Position numbers and translations under genes: made by a program | Part shown: one piece after another, positions 48,082-57,357 of the stretch | How positions within the stretch are numbered: position 1 is the first letter of the stretch | Layout of the letters: every line of letters starts with the position of its first letter | Source: Longimicrobiales bacterium | Lineage (GTDB): Bacteria > Gemmatimonadota > Gemmatimonadetes > Longimicrobiales > Gaopeijiaceae | Direction of reading: 5' to 3' | DNA: 64,000 nucleotides | NCBI GenBank assembly: GCA_041690395.1 | Contig: JAWLHJ010000005.1 | Coordinates: 288,001-352,000, forward strand | The notes under the pieces: generated by a model | What the model was told of the DNA's origin: nothing | The model's input: the letters and a program-made list of their open reading frames with translations, nothing else | The model's database searches: none

Positions 48082-49023
48082 ATGACCCATGCACCCTCCT
48101 CTCGTGGACACCTCACCTCGGGCGAACGCCCCACCGTGGAGCAGGCCGCGGAACGAATCGCGGCCGGTCAACACGGCGTCGTCACTCGGGGACAACTCCT
48201 TTCCGCCGGGTGTCCCGCCCGCACCGTGGACCGGCGGGTGGCGACCGGCCGCCTCCGCGCCGTACACCGCGGTGTGTACACGCTCGGGCCCGTCCAGGCG
48301 CCGGGCATGGAGGAGATGGCGGCGGTCCTCGCCTGCGGGCGCCACGCACTCGTCAGCCACGCCAGCGCCGGTGTCCTGTGGCGCATTCTCCGTCCCGACT
48401 TCCGCCCGACTGCTGCCCACGTGATCCTCGTCGGCAGGCACCGAGCCCGCCCGGGCATCCGGATCCATCGCGTCGCCGAACTCGCGCCGGATGAGCGCAG
48501 CGTCCGAGACGGCATCCCCCTGACCAGCCCTTCGCGTACCCTCTACGACCTGGCCAGCGTGCTCAAGCCTCGCGCTCTCGAGCAGGCGGTGGCCGAAGCG
48601 ATCGCCCTCCGCCTCGTCGCGCTGGAGGGTCTGGCGGCGGCGGCCGAACGCTACCGGGGCCGGCTGGGCGCGGGTCGATTCCGACAAGTGGTCAAAGGCG
48701 ATGCAAGACCGAGCCGGACCCGTTCCACGGCCGAAGAACGCTTTCTGGCCCTCGTACGTAAGGCGAGCGTCGGCCGGCCGAAGCTCAATACTCCGGTCGC
48801 CGGCCACGAGGTGGACTTCTTCTGGCCCGAGCATCTTCTGGTGGTCGAAGTGGACGGGTGGGCATACCACAGCTCGCCGAAGGCAGTGAGTCGGGATCGC
48901 CGGCGAGACGCGGATCTCGCCACCGCGGGATACCGGGTGCTGCGCATCACGTGGCGAGAGATCGTCCATCGACCGGAGGCGCTGCTGGTGCGTCTCGGGC
49001 GCGCTCTGGCGGTGGGGCGTTGA
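48082..49023 (+). CDS. AbiEi-like N-terminal domain fused to a DUF559 (Vsr-like PD-(D/E)xK) endonuclease
   Basis: QHGVVTRGQL, VHRGVY, SHASA, TSPSRTLYDL, RSTAEERF, EVDFFWP...VEVDGWAYH...DRRRD...GYRVLRITW. Confidence 0.88.
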   Translation: MTHAPSSRGHLTSGERPTVEQAAERIAAGQHGVVTRGQLLSAGCPARTVDRRVATGRLRAVHRGVYTLGPVQAPGMEEMAAVLACGRHALVSHASAGVLWRILRPDFRPTAAHVILVGRHRARPGIRIHRVAELAPDERSVRDGIPLTSPSRTLYDLASVLKPRALEQAVAEAIALRLVALEGLAAAAERYRGRLGAGRFRQVVKGDARPSRTRSTAEERFLALVRKASVGRPKLNTPVAGHEVDFFWPEHLLVVEVDGWAYHSSPKAVSRDRRRDADLATAGYRVLRITWREIVHRPEALLVRLGRALAVGR

Positions 49024-49127
49024 GCCGGAGGTGCGCGGCGCGTCGAGCGAAAGTGGGTGGGGCGTTGAGCCCGAGGTGCGCGGCGCGTCGAGCGAAGGTG
49101 GGCGGGGTGTTGAGCCCGAGGTGCGCG
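49011..49127. repeat. 45-bp tandem repeat, about 2.6 copies, overlapping the nuclease stop codon
   Basis: GGTGGGGCGTTGAGCC(G/C)GAGGTGCGCGGCGCGTCGAGCGAA(A/G)GTG at 49011 and 49056, partial copy at 49101. Confidence 0.9.
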
Positions 49128-49275
49128 TGGCGGTGAGCCCGGAGTGCGTGGCGCGTTGAGCTCAGGGTTGACGATGCCTGGCGATCGGACTCCAAATCCT
49201 GCACCATGTCAGGTATCCCGTGTACGGGGGATGCACCGTACACGGCTCCGCTTGTTACCGTCGTCCGGAGGTCCC

Positions 49276-51633
49276 ATGCGTATGGTCATCCCTCGCCAGG
49301 CGCGGCCGCGCCACAAGGTCCCGCTCCGTCGTTCGTGCCCTCGTCCGCAGCGGTCGCCGGTGGGCGTTTCCGCGCTCCTGGCGCTCCTGGCACCCCTCGC
49401 GCTCGTCATGGCCCCCGTCGCTCTCGAGGCCCAGCAGCGCCCGCTCACCTTCCTGGACGTGCAGCAGATGAGCAGCGCCGGTCAGTGGACGCCGAGCTCC
49501 GACGGCCGTTGGATGCTCTACTCCGTGACCACCCCGGACTGGCAGGAGGACGAGTCCCAGTCCGATATCCATCTCGTGTCGCTGGATGAGGGGGTCTCGT
49601 CGAGCCGTCAGCTCACGTTCACGCCCGAGCACGACGAGGATCGGCCGGCCTGGGCGCCCGAGGCGGGAGTCTTCGTCTTCTCGTCCGACCGGGACGCGGA
49701 CGTCGAGGGCCTGAGCGGTCGTCAGCTGTACGCGATGCGCACCGACGGCGGGGAGGCCCGGCGGATCACCGACGACGAGCACGGTGTCGCGGACTTCGAG
49801 TTCAGCCCCGACGGCCGCTGGCTCGTCTACCGGAGCGGGGAGGAGGACCGCGAGCAGCTGCACCGGATTCCCGGCACGCTCATGCCGGGTACGGAGCCCG
49901 TCACGCTCACGTCGGGCGAGGCTGGCGTGGAGCGCTGGGAGTGGGCACCCGACGGCAGCCGGATCTACTTCACGCGCCCCGACGACTTCGACGAGCACGA
50001 TCACCGCAGGCGCGAGATGGACTTCACGGTCGACGTCCGCAACCAGGTCACGCCTCTGTCGAGCCTCTGGTCGGTCCAGGTCGCCGATGCCCGTGAAGAG
50101 CTACTCGAGGAGGACTCCACCTACAGCGTCGACGGGTTCGAGGTTTCGGCCGACGGCCGCTGGATCGCCTTCTCGGGCGGCTCCCCCGAGCGGTACGAGC
50201 GGAACATCACCGGCGCCGGTCTCTACCGGGACCCGTACCTGTTCGAGGTGGCCACCGGCACCATCGAGCAGCTCGCCGAGAACCACGAGGTGGGCGAGAG
50301 CACGCCGAGCTTCTCGCCGGACGGCCGCTGGATCGCGTTCTCGGCGCCGGACGACATGACCGGCTATACCATGACCGAGGACCGGGTCTACATCCGCGCC
50401 GTGGACGACCGGGGCGGAGCCTTCCGCAAGCTGGCCACGGACTTCGACAACAGCGCCGACATCGACTTCTGGTCCGAGGACGGCAACACGATCTACTTCA
50501 CGACCGGCGTGAAGGTCACCCGCCAGCTCCACGCCCTCGACGTGGCCAGCGGCGACGTGCGCCAGGTCACCTACGAGGAAGCCACGCTCTCGGTCGACCG
50601 TGACGAGGACTCGGGCGTGCTCCTCATCGATTACCAGGATCCCGCGACGCCGGCGACGGTCTTCACGGTCGACGACCTCGGCATGGTGGCCGACCGCTCG
50701 CGCTGGACCCGGCTCGTGGACGTGAACCCGTGGATCGAGGAGGAGATCGCGCTCGGGCGTGAGGTGGAGGTGGAGTGGACATCGACCGACGGGAAGACCG
50801 TGGGCGGCGTTCTGAACCTCCCCGTGGGCTACGAGGAAGGGGAGCGCTACCCCCTCATCGTGGCGATCCACGGCGGCCCCGCGTCGGCGGACGTCCTGCG
50901 GTTCAACGGGGGCTACGGCTCGCAGGTGTACGCGGGGGCCGGCTACGCGGTGCTCAAGCCCAATTACCGCGGCTCCACCGGCTACGGGAACGCCCACCGC
51001 ACCGACATCGTCGGCGACTACTTCACACTCGGGTACGACGACATCATGACCGGCGTGGACCACCTCATCGCCGAGGGCATCGTCGACGGTGACCGCATGG
51101 GCGTGCTCGGCTGGAGCGCGGGAGGCCACTGGTCGAACTGGATCCTGACGCAGACCGACCGGTTCAAGGCGATCAGCTCCGGCGCGGGCACGATGAACTG
51201 GATCAGCATGTACGCGCAGAGCGACGTGCAGCGAAACCGCCAGTTCTATATCGGGGACGACTTCCTCTACGAGAACTTCGAGCCGTACTGGGACCAGTCA
51301 CCGCTCCAGTACATCTCCAACGCGAGCACGCCGACGATGATCCACGTGGTCCTCGGCGATCCGCGCGTGCCGAGCCCGCAGTCGGCCGAGCTGCACATGG
51401 CGCTCAAGAAGCTCGGGGTGCCGACCGAGTTCTTCGTGTATCCCGGGCAGAGTCACGGGATTCCGGACCCGCGGAACCGCCTCGTGAAATCCGTCAGCGA
51501 GATGGCATGGATGGACCATTGGGTCCGGGGGATCGGCGACGGCTTCGAATGGAGCCAGGTGCTCGAGACGCTCGAAACCGAGGCCACGGAGGAAGAAGCC
51601 ACGGCCACGATGAACGGCTCGGGCGGGCGGTAA
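49276..51633 (+). CDS. Secreted S9 family peptidase (acylaminoacyl/dipeptidyl peptidase-like)
   Basis: PD40-like propeller, IHGGP, PNYRGSTGYG, nucleophile GWSAGG, DPRVP, YPGQSHG. Confidence 0.92.
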   Translation: MRMVIPRQARPRHKVPLRRSCPRPQRSPVGVSALLALLAPLALVMAPVALEAQQRPLTFLDVQQMSSAGQWTPSSDGRWMLYSVTTPDWQEDESQSDIHLVSLDEGVSSSRQLTFTPEHDEDRPAWAPEAGVFVFSSDRDADVEGLSGRQLYAMRTDGGEARRITDDEHGVADFEFSPDGRWLVYRSGEEDREQLHRIPGTLMPGTEPVTLTSGEAGVERWEWAPDGSRIYFTRPDDFDEHDHRRREMDFTVDVRNQVTPLSSLWSVQVADAREELLEEDSTYSVDGFEVSADGRWIAFSGGSPERYERNITGAGLYRDPYLFEVATGTIEQLAENHEVGESTPSFSPDGRWIAFSAPDDMTGYTMTEDRVYIRAVDDRGGAFRKLATDFDNSADIDFWSEDGNTIYFTTGVKVTRQLHALDVASGDVRQVTYEEATLSVDRDEDSGVLLIDYQDPATPATVFTVDDLGMVADRSRWTRLVDVNPWIEEEIALGREVEVEWTSTDGKTVGGVLNLPVGYEEGERYPLIVAIHGGPASADVLRFNGGYGSQVYAGAGYAVLKPNYRGSTGYGNAHRTDIVGDYFTLGYDDIMTGVDHLIAEGIVDGDRMGVLGWSAGGHWSNWILTQTDRFKAISSGAGTMNWISMYAQSDVQRNRQFYIGDDFLYENFEPYWDQSPLQYISNASTPTMIHVVLGDPRVPSPQSAELHMALKKLGVPTEFFVYPGQSHGIPDPRNRLVKSVSEMAWMDHWVRGIGDGFEWSQVLETLETEATEEEATATMNGSGGR

Positions 51634-51646
51634 CTCCCGGGCGGTA

Positions 51647-51677
51647 CCGGGGGTGGCGGACGCGCCGCCACCCCCGG
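51647..51677. terminator. Hairpin between convergent genes
   Basis: Perfect 13-bp stem CCGGGGGTGGCGG / CCGCCACCCCCGG. Confidence 0.6.
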
Positions 51678-51722
51678 CCGGTCGGCCGGGGCAGCGCCGC
51701 CCCCGCCCCACCACCACAGGCT

Positions 51723-52226
51723 CTACGGCCAGCCGCGGACCAGCACCACGCCCAGGAAGACCAGCGCGAGCGCGAGAAGGGCGTTGACCCGGCCCATCCA
51801 TGACGCGGCTCGGCGAAGGCGGAGCGCCCGGTCACCGCTCGGGTCGTCGCGCATGGCGCTCGTCGCCGCCGGCCCGACGTGGAAGTCGTGCACGGCGCTG
51901 ATCGCCAGCACGAGTGCGAACAGCACGAGCTTGGCTACGATCGCGCCCCCGAACGGGGTGGCCAGCCACTCGGAGCGGGTGAAGTCCGCGAGCCGCACCT
52001 GTCTCAACCACAGGTTCAGGGTGCCCGTTCCCAGCAGTGTGAGAAGGCACGCCCAGCCCACCGTCCGGAAGCGGATCCCCGTGTCGCGGAGGAAGGCGCC
52101 CGCCTGCGCCCGGTTCCCCGCGCGCAACCAGGGCACGACGACCAGGATCAGGAAGAACATGCCGCCGATCCAGACGATCGCGGACAGGATGTGCAGGAAG
52201 ACCGAGAAGACGTAGAGCGCTTGCAT
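51723..52226 (-). CDS. CopD-like/DUF4149 four-TM membrane protein
   Basis: LHILSAIVWIGGMFF, AKLVL, HDFHVGP, SWMGRVN. Confidence 0.75.
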   Translation of the reverse strand: MQALYVFSVFLHILSAIVWIGGMFFLILVVVPWLRAGNRAQAGAFLRDTGIRFRTVGWACLLTLLGTGTLNLWLRQVRLADFTRSEWLATPFGGAIVAKLVLFALVLAISAVHDFHVGPAATSAMRDDPSGDRALRLRRAASWMGRVNALLALALVFLGVVLVRGWP

Positions 52227-52346
52227 GTCATGCCGGGAGAGCGGGACCGCGTGCCGATTTCGGGGTATTGAAACGGACCCCGAGCTCCCGCGCCACCCCG
52301 CCGGGCCCGGGTGACTTCCCCCGAACCCGGCAGCAGGAGGAATTAC

Positions 52347-52790
52347 ATGAGCGTGCGCGATCTTCTGACCCGGAAACCCGCCGGTGTCGTCTCGGTGAAG
52401 CCGACCGTGAGCGTGGCGGTCGCGTCGAGGCGCCTGATCGACGAAGGCGTCGGTGGGCTGCCGGTCGTGGACGAACAGGGTCGGTTGGTCGGGTTCCTCG
52501 CCGAGCGCGACGTGGTGGCACTCGTCGACGGCAAGACGTCCGGCATCCGGGACACCCCGGTCTCGGCCGCCATGCGGCGACCGGCACCCGTGTGCGGGGC
52601 GGACGAATCCCTGACGTCGGTCATGACGCGCATGACTCGCGAGCGCCTGCGTCACCTCGTGGTCATGGACGGCGACCGGATCGCGGGGGTCATCTCCGTC
52701 GGTGACATCGTGAAGCAGCGCCTCGAACAGCTCGAGACCGAAGCGGGGGTGCTGCGGGACTACGTAGCGGCCCAACGGGCGAAAGGGTAG
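52347..52790 (+). CDS. CBS domain pair protein
   Basis: VGGLPVVD...LVGFLAERD, RLRHLVV...GVISVGDIVK. AGGAGG RBS. Confidence 0.92.
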   Translation: MSVRDLLTRKPAGVVSVKPTVSVAVASRRLIDEGVGGLPVVDEQGRLVGFLAERDVVALVDGKTSGIRDTPVSAAMRRPAPVCGADESLTSVMTRMTRERLRHLVVMDGDRIAGVISVGDIVKQRLEQLETEAGVLRDYVAAQRAKG

Positions 52791-52984
52791 GCACCGTACC
52801 CGTGATGGGGCCTCCGCCCCGCCGACGTGCGCCTGGTAAGAAAAGTCCAAGCGTGCCGGCCCGGACCGCCGTATCTTGCCCGCGTTCGAGCCGGTCGACG
52901 CTCCGGCTCGCGGGGGGCGTGGCCGGAGGGTGACGACCCCGGCAGGCCGCTGAGCCTGCCAAGGCTCCGAACGAGGGGGAGACG

Positions 52985-53383
52985 ATGGCGATCAACTGGA
53001 TCGCGGTGGTGGTGGCTGCGGGGTCGACGTTCCTGCTGGGCGGGCTCTGGTACGGTCCGCTGTTCGGCAAATCCTGGATGGGCGCATCGGGCATGACCGA
53101 GGAGCGCGCGGCTCAGGGCAACATGGCGAAGATCTTCGGCGTGTCCTTCCTCCTCCAGCTGGTCGCGGCCACGGTGCTCGCGGCCTTCCTGGGACCGGAG
53201 GACGTCATGGCGTTCGGACCGGCCGTCGCTGCGGCCGCGTCGATCGGAATCGCCTGGGTCGCGCCGGCCTTCGGCGTTGTCTACCTCTTCGAGCAGAGGC
53301 CCTTCAAGCACTTCGCGGTGAACGCCGGCTACCACGTCGTCTCGTTCATCGTGATGGGGCTCATCATCGCGGCCTGGCGGTGA
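52985..53383 (+). CDS. DUF1761 family membrane protein
   Basis: INWIAV...LGGLWYGPLFGKSW, YLFEQRP, NAGYH. Confidence 0.88.
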   Translation: MAINWIAVVVAAGSTFLLGGLWYGPLFGKSWMGASGMTEERAAQGNMAKIFGVSFLLQLVAATVLAAFLGPEDVMAFGPAVAAAASIGIAWVAPAFGVVYLFEQRPFKHFAVNAGYHVVSFIVMGLIIAAWR

Positions 53384-54231
53384 GCACGACGCCGGGCGCT
53401 TTCTCGGCGCCCGTGTTCCTCGCCGAGCTTCCCTCGCCCACCCTCGCCCCGTTCGTGGAGCTCATCTGGGGCGTGCGGGCTGGACCGATCGCCTTTCAGG
53501 AAGCGGTCATCCCGAACGGCGCGACAGAGCTCATGGTGAACTTCGGCCCGACGCAGAAGGTGTGGGCCTACGGGAGCCGCGCGGTCGACGAAGACTTCGG
53601 CCGCTTCTGGCTGGCAGGGGTGCAGGACCAGCCGCTCGTCATCGGTTCTCCCGAAGGGTGCGACCACTTCGGTGTCCGCTTCCGCCCCGGGGGCGCGCAC
53701 GCGTTCTTCGGGTTGCCCATGAGCGAGATGACCGGCCGGGTCGTCGATCTGGACCTCGTGGTGGGGCGGGCCGCGGCCGTGGAGCTTCGCGATCGGCTCA
53801 TCGGGCTTCCGAGCCACGGGGCCCGGGCGCGGGAGGCCGAGGCCTGGCTTCTGGAGCGGCGCTATGCCGTTCACCCCTACTACGCGACTGTGCGGCGGGC
53901 CCTCGATCTCGTCCATGCATCGGACTTCCGCATGGGTGTCGGAGAGATGTGCGCGAGGCTCGGCTTGTCGAACCGGCATCTCATCGACCAGTTCCGTGAG
54001 GTCGTGGGCCTCACGCCGAAGACCGCGAGCCGGATCCAGCGCTTCCATGCCGTCGTCGCGGCGGTCGCGGGCGTCCCTGCCGCCGATGTCTCGTGGTCAC
54101 GACTGGCGGTGCGGTTCGGGTACGCGGACCAACCCCACCTCGTGCAGGAGTTCCGGCGGTTCGCGGGCGTCACTCCGGGCGCCTTCCTCCGGCGACGGAC
54201 GGAGGACCACCAGCACGTCGTCGTCGAATAG
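53380..54231 (+). CDS. AraC family transcriptional regulator
   Basis: GVRFRPGG, LSNRHLIDQFREVVGLTPK, FGYADQPHLVQEFRRFAGVTP. Confidence 0.9.
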   Translation: MSTTPGAFSAPVFLAELPSPTLAPFVELIWGVRAGPIAFQEAVIPNGATELMVNFGPTQKVWAYGSRAVDEDFGRFWLAGVQDQPLVIGSPEGCDHFGVRFRPGGAHAFFGLPMSEMTGRVVDLDLVVGRAAAVELRDRLIGLPSHGARAREAEAWLLERRYAVHPYYATVRRALDLVHASDFRMGVGEMCARLGLSNRHLIDQFREVVGLTPKTASRIQRFHAVVAAVAGVPAADVSWSRLAVRFGYADQPHLVQEFRRFAGVTPGAFLRRRTEDHQHVVVE

Positions 54232-54255
54232 GAGGGACCCCCGGCCCGGGCGCCG

Positions 54256-54284
54256 TTGAGCCCGTTCCCGCGTCCGGATAGCTT
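54256..54284 (+). promoter_or_regulatory. Putative sigma70 promoter of ffh
   Basis: TTGAGC-N17-TAGCTT; same -10 hexamer as the purA promoter. Confidence 0.55.
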
Positions 54285-54361
54285 GGGGGTCCCCGCGTGG
54301 GGGAGCTTCCGCACCGGAGCCCGCTCGCGCGCCGCACGCACACGCCGACCCCCGCCTCCGC

Positions 54362-55717
<1,356 letters not shown>

Positions 55718-55908
55718 CCGCCCCAGTGGTACCAGGCCGAGGATCGTGAAGACCCACTGCACCACCCGCCTCGCTACCGTGGCGAAGCTCCGACCCGCGG
55801 GTGCCCACGAGGCGGACGATCGCGGATGACGGCGGCTGTCGTGCCGGCCTGCCGCTCCACCTATGTTGCCCCCCGTTCCGTCGTCGTCCCAGCCAGCCAC
55901 CGGACCCG

Positions 55909-57357
55909 ATGCGACTACTCGCCGAGATCTGGCCCTATATCCTGGCCGCCCTCATTCCGGTCGTCCAGGCGACCGCGACGGCGCACGTGATCCTCCGTAA
56001 GCGGAACGTGCGCTCGGCCGTGGGCTGGGTTGGTCTGATCTGGCTGGCACCGGTGGTGGGGGTGGTCGCTTACACGACGTTGGGTGTGAACCGGATCCAG
56101 CGACGGGCGCAGACGCTGCGAACGCAGGGCGGAGGTTACCGCGAGTGGATCGCGGGAGGCGCGGTGGGACGTGCCTTCCTCGAGAGCTGCGGGGCCGACG
56201 ACCGCGGCTATCTGGCGGACCTGGCCACCCTTGGAGACCGCGTGTCGGGCCGGCCGCTCCTCGGAGGCAACCGGGTGGTGCCGCTGGCGGAGGGGGACCA
56301 GGCCTATCCAGCCATGTTGGACGCCATCGAGGGTGCCACGACCTCCGTGAGTCTCGCCAGCTACATCTTCGATGCCGGCCCGGTCGGCGACCGCTTCGTC
56401 GAAGCGCTGGGGGCGGCGCGGGCCCGAGGCGTCGACGTACGGGTTCTGGTGGACGACGTCGGTGCCCGCTACTCGAGGCCACGGATCGCGCGTCGGCTGC
56501 GACGTCGGGACGTGCGCGTCGCGCATTTCATGCCGGGGCTGCTTCCGTGGCGTATGCCGTATTTCAACCTGCGGAATCACAGGAAGATCATGGTCGTGGA
56601 CGGGCGCACCGCCTTCACGGGCGGTATGAACATCCGCGACGAATTCTGGAAGGGCATGGATCCCCATCACTTCGCGCGGGACCTGCACTTCCGGATCGAG
56701 GGACCGGTCGTCTGTGAGATCCAGGAGGCGTTCGCCGAGGACTGGACCTTCACGACCGGAGAGCGTCTCGAGGGCGAGGTGTGGTTCCCGCCTCTCGTGT
56801 CCGTCGGCGACGTGGTTGCGCGAGGCATCTTCGACGGCCCCGACATCGACTATGAGAAGCTCGAGACCGTCATGCTTGGAGCGCTCGCGGTCGCCCGGCG
56901 CTCGGTTCGGATTCTCACGCCCTACTTCCTGCCGGATCCGGCGTTGCTGTCAGCGCTGAGCGTGGCGGCCCTGCGGGGCGTGAACGTCGAGGTCGTCGTG
57001 CCGGCCGAGAACAACCTCTCGCTCGTGCAGTGGGCGAGCACGGCCCAACTCGACCAGATGATCGAGAAAGGGGTGCGCGTGTACGCCTCACCACCGCCCT
57101 TCGATCATAGCAAGCTGATGGTCGTGGACGAATGCTGGACCCTCGTCGGCTCGGCGAACTGGGACCCGCGCAGCCTTCAGTTGAACTTCGAATTCAACGT
57201 GGAATGCTACGATCCCGCGCTCGGCGCGAGCATGACGGCTCTGTTCGCGGAGCGTCGAGACGCCTCGGAACCGATCACCCTCGAGGCGCTCCATGCGCGT
57301 CCAATGCCCGTGAAGCTGCGCGACGGCGTTGCCCGGCTGTTCTCGCCGTACCTCTAA
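55909..57357 (+). CDS. cls: Cardiolipin synthase (phospholipase D family)
   Basis: Two N-terminal TM helices; two HKD motifs, HRKIMVVD and HSKLMVVD; GSANWDPRS. Confidence 0.9.
   Translation: MRLLAEIWPYILAALIPVVQATATAHVILRKRNVRSAVGWVGLIWLAPVVGVVAYTTLGVNRIQRRAQTLRTQGGGYREWIAGGAVGRAFLESCGADDRGYLADLATLGDRVSGRPLLGGNRVVPLAEGDQAYPAMLDAIEGATTSVSLASYIFDAGPVGDRFVEALGAARARGVDVRVLVDDVGARYSRPRIARRLRRRDVRVAHFMPGLLPWRMPYFNLRNHRKIMVVDGRTAFTGGMNIRDEFWKGMDPHHFARDLHFRIEGPVVCEIQEAFAEDWTFTTGERLEGEVWFPPLVSVGDVVARGIFDGPDIDYEKLETVMLGALAVARRSVRILTPYFLPDPALLSALSVAALRGVNVEVVVPAENNLSLVQWASTAQLDQMIEKGVRVYASPPPFDHSKLMVVDECWTLVGSANWDPRSLQLNFEFNVECYDPALGASMTALFAERRDASEPITLEALHARPMPVKLRDGVARLFSPYL

Noticed and set aside
47450..49127. 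Repeats around the DUF559 gene as a CRISPR array
   Set aside because: The units are head-to-tail or heterogeneous, have no unique spacers of regular length, and there are no cas genes in the window.
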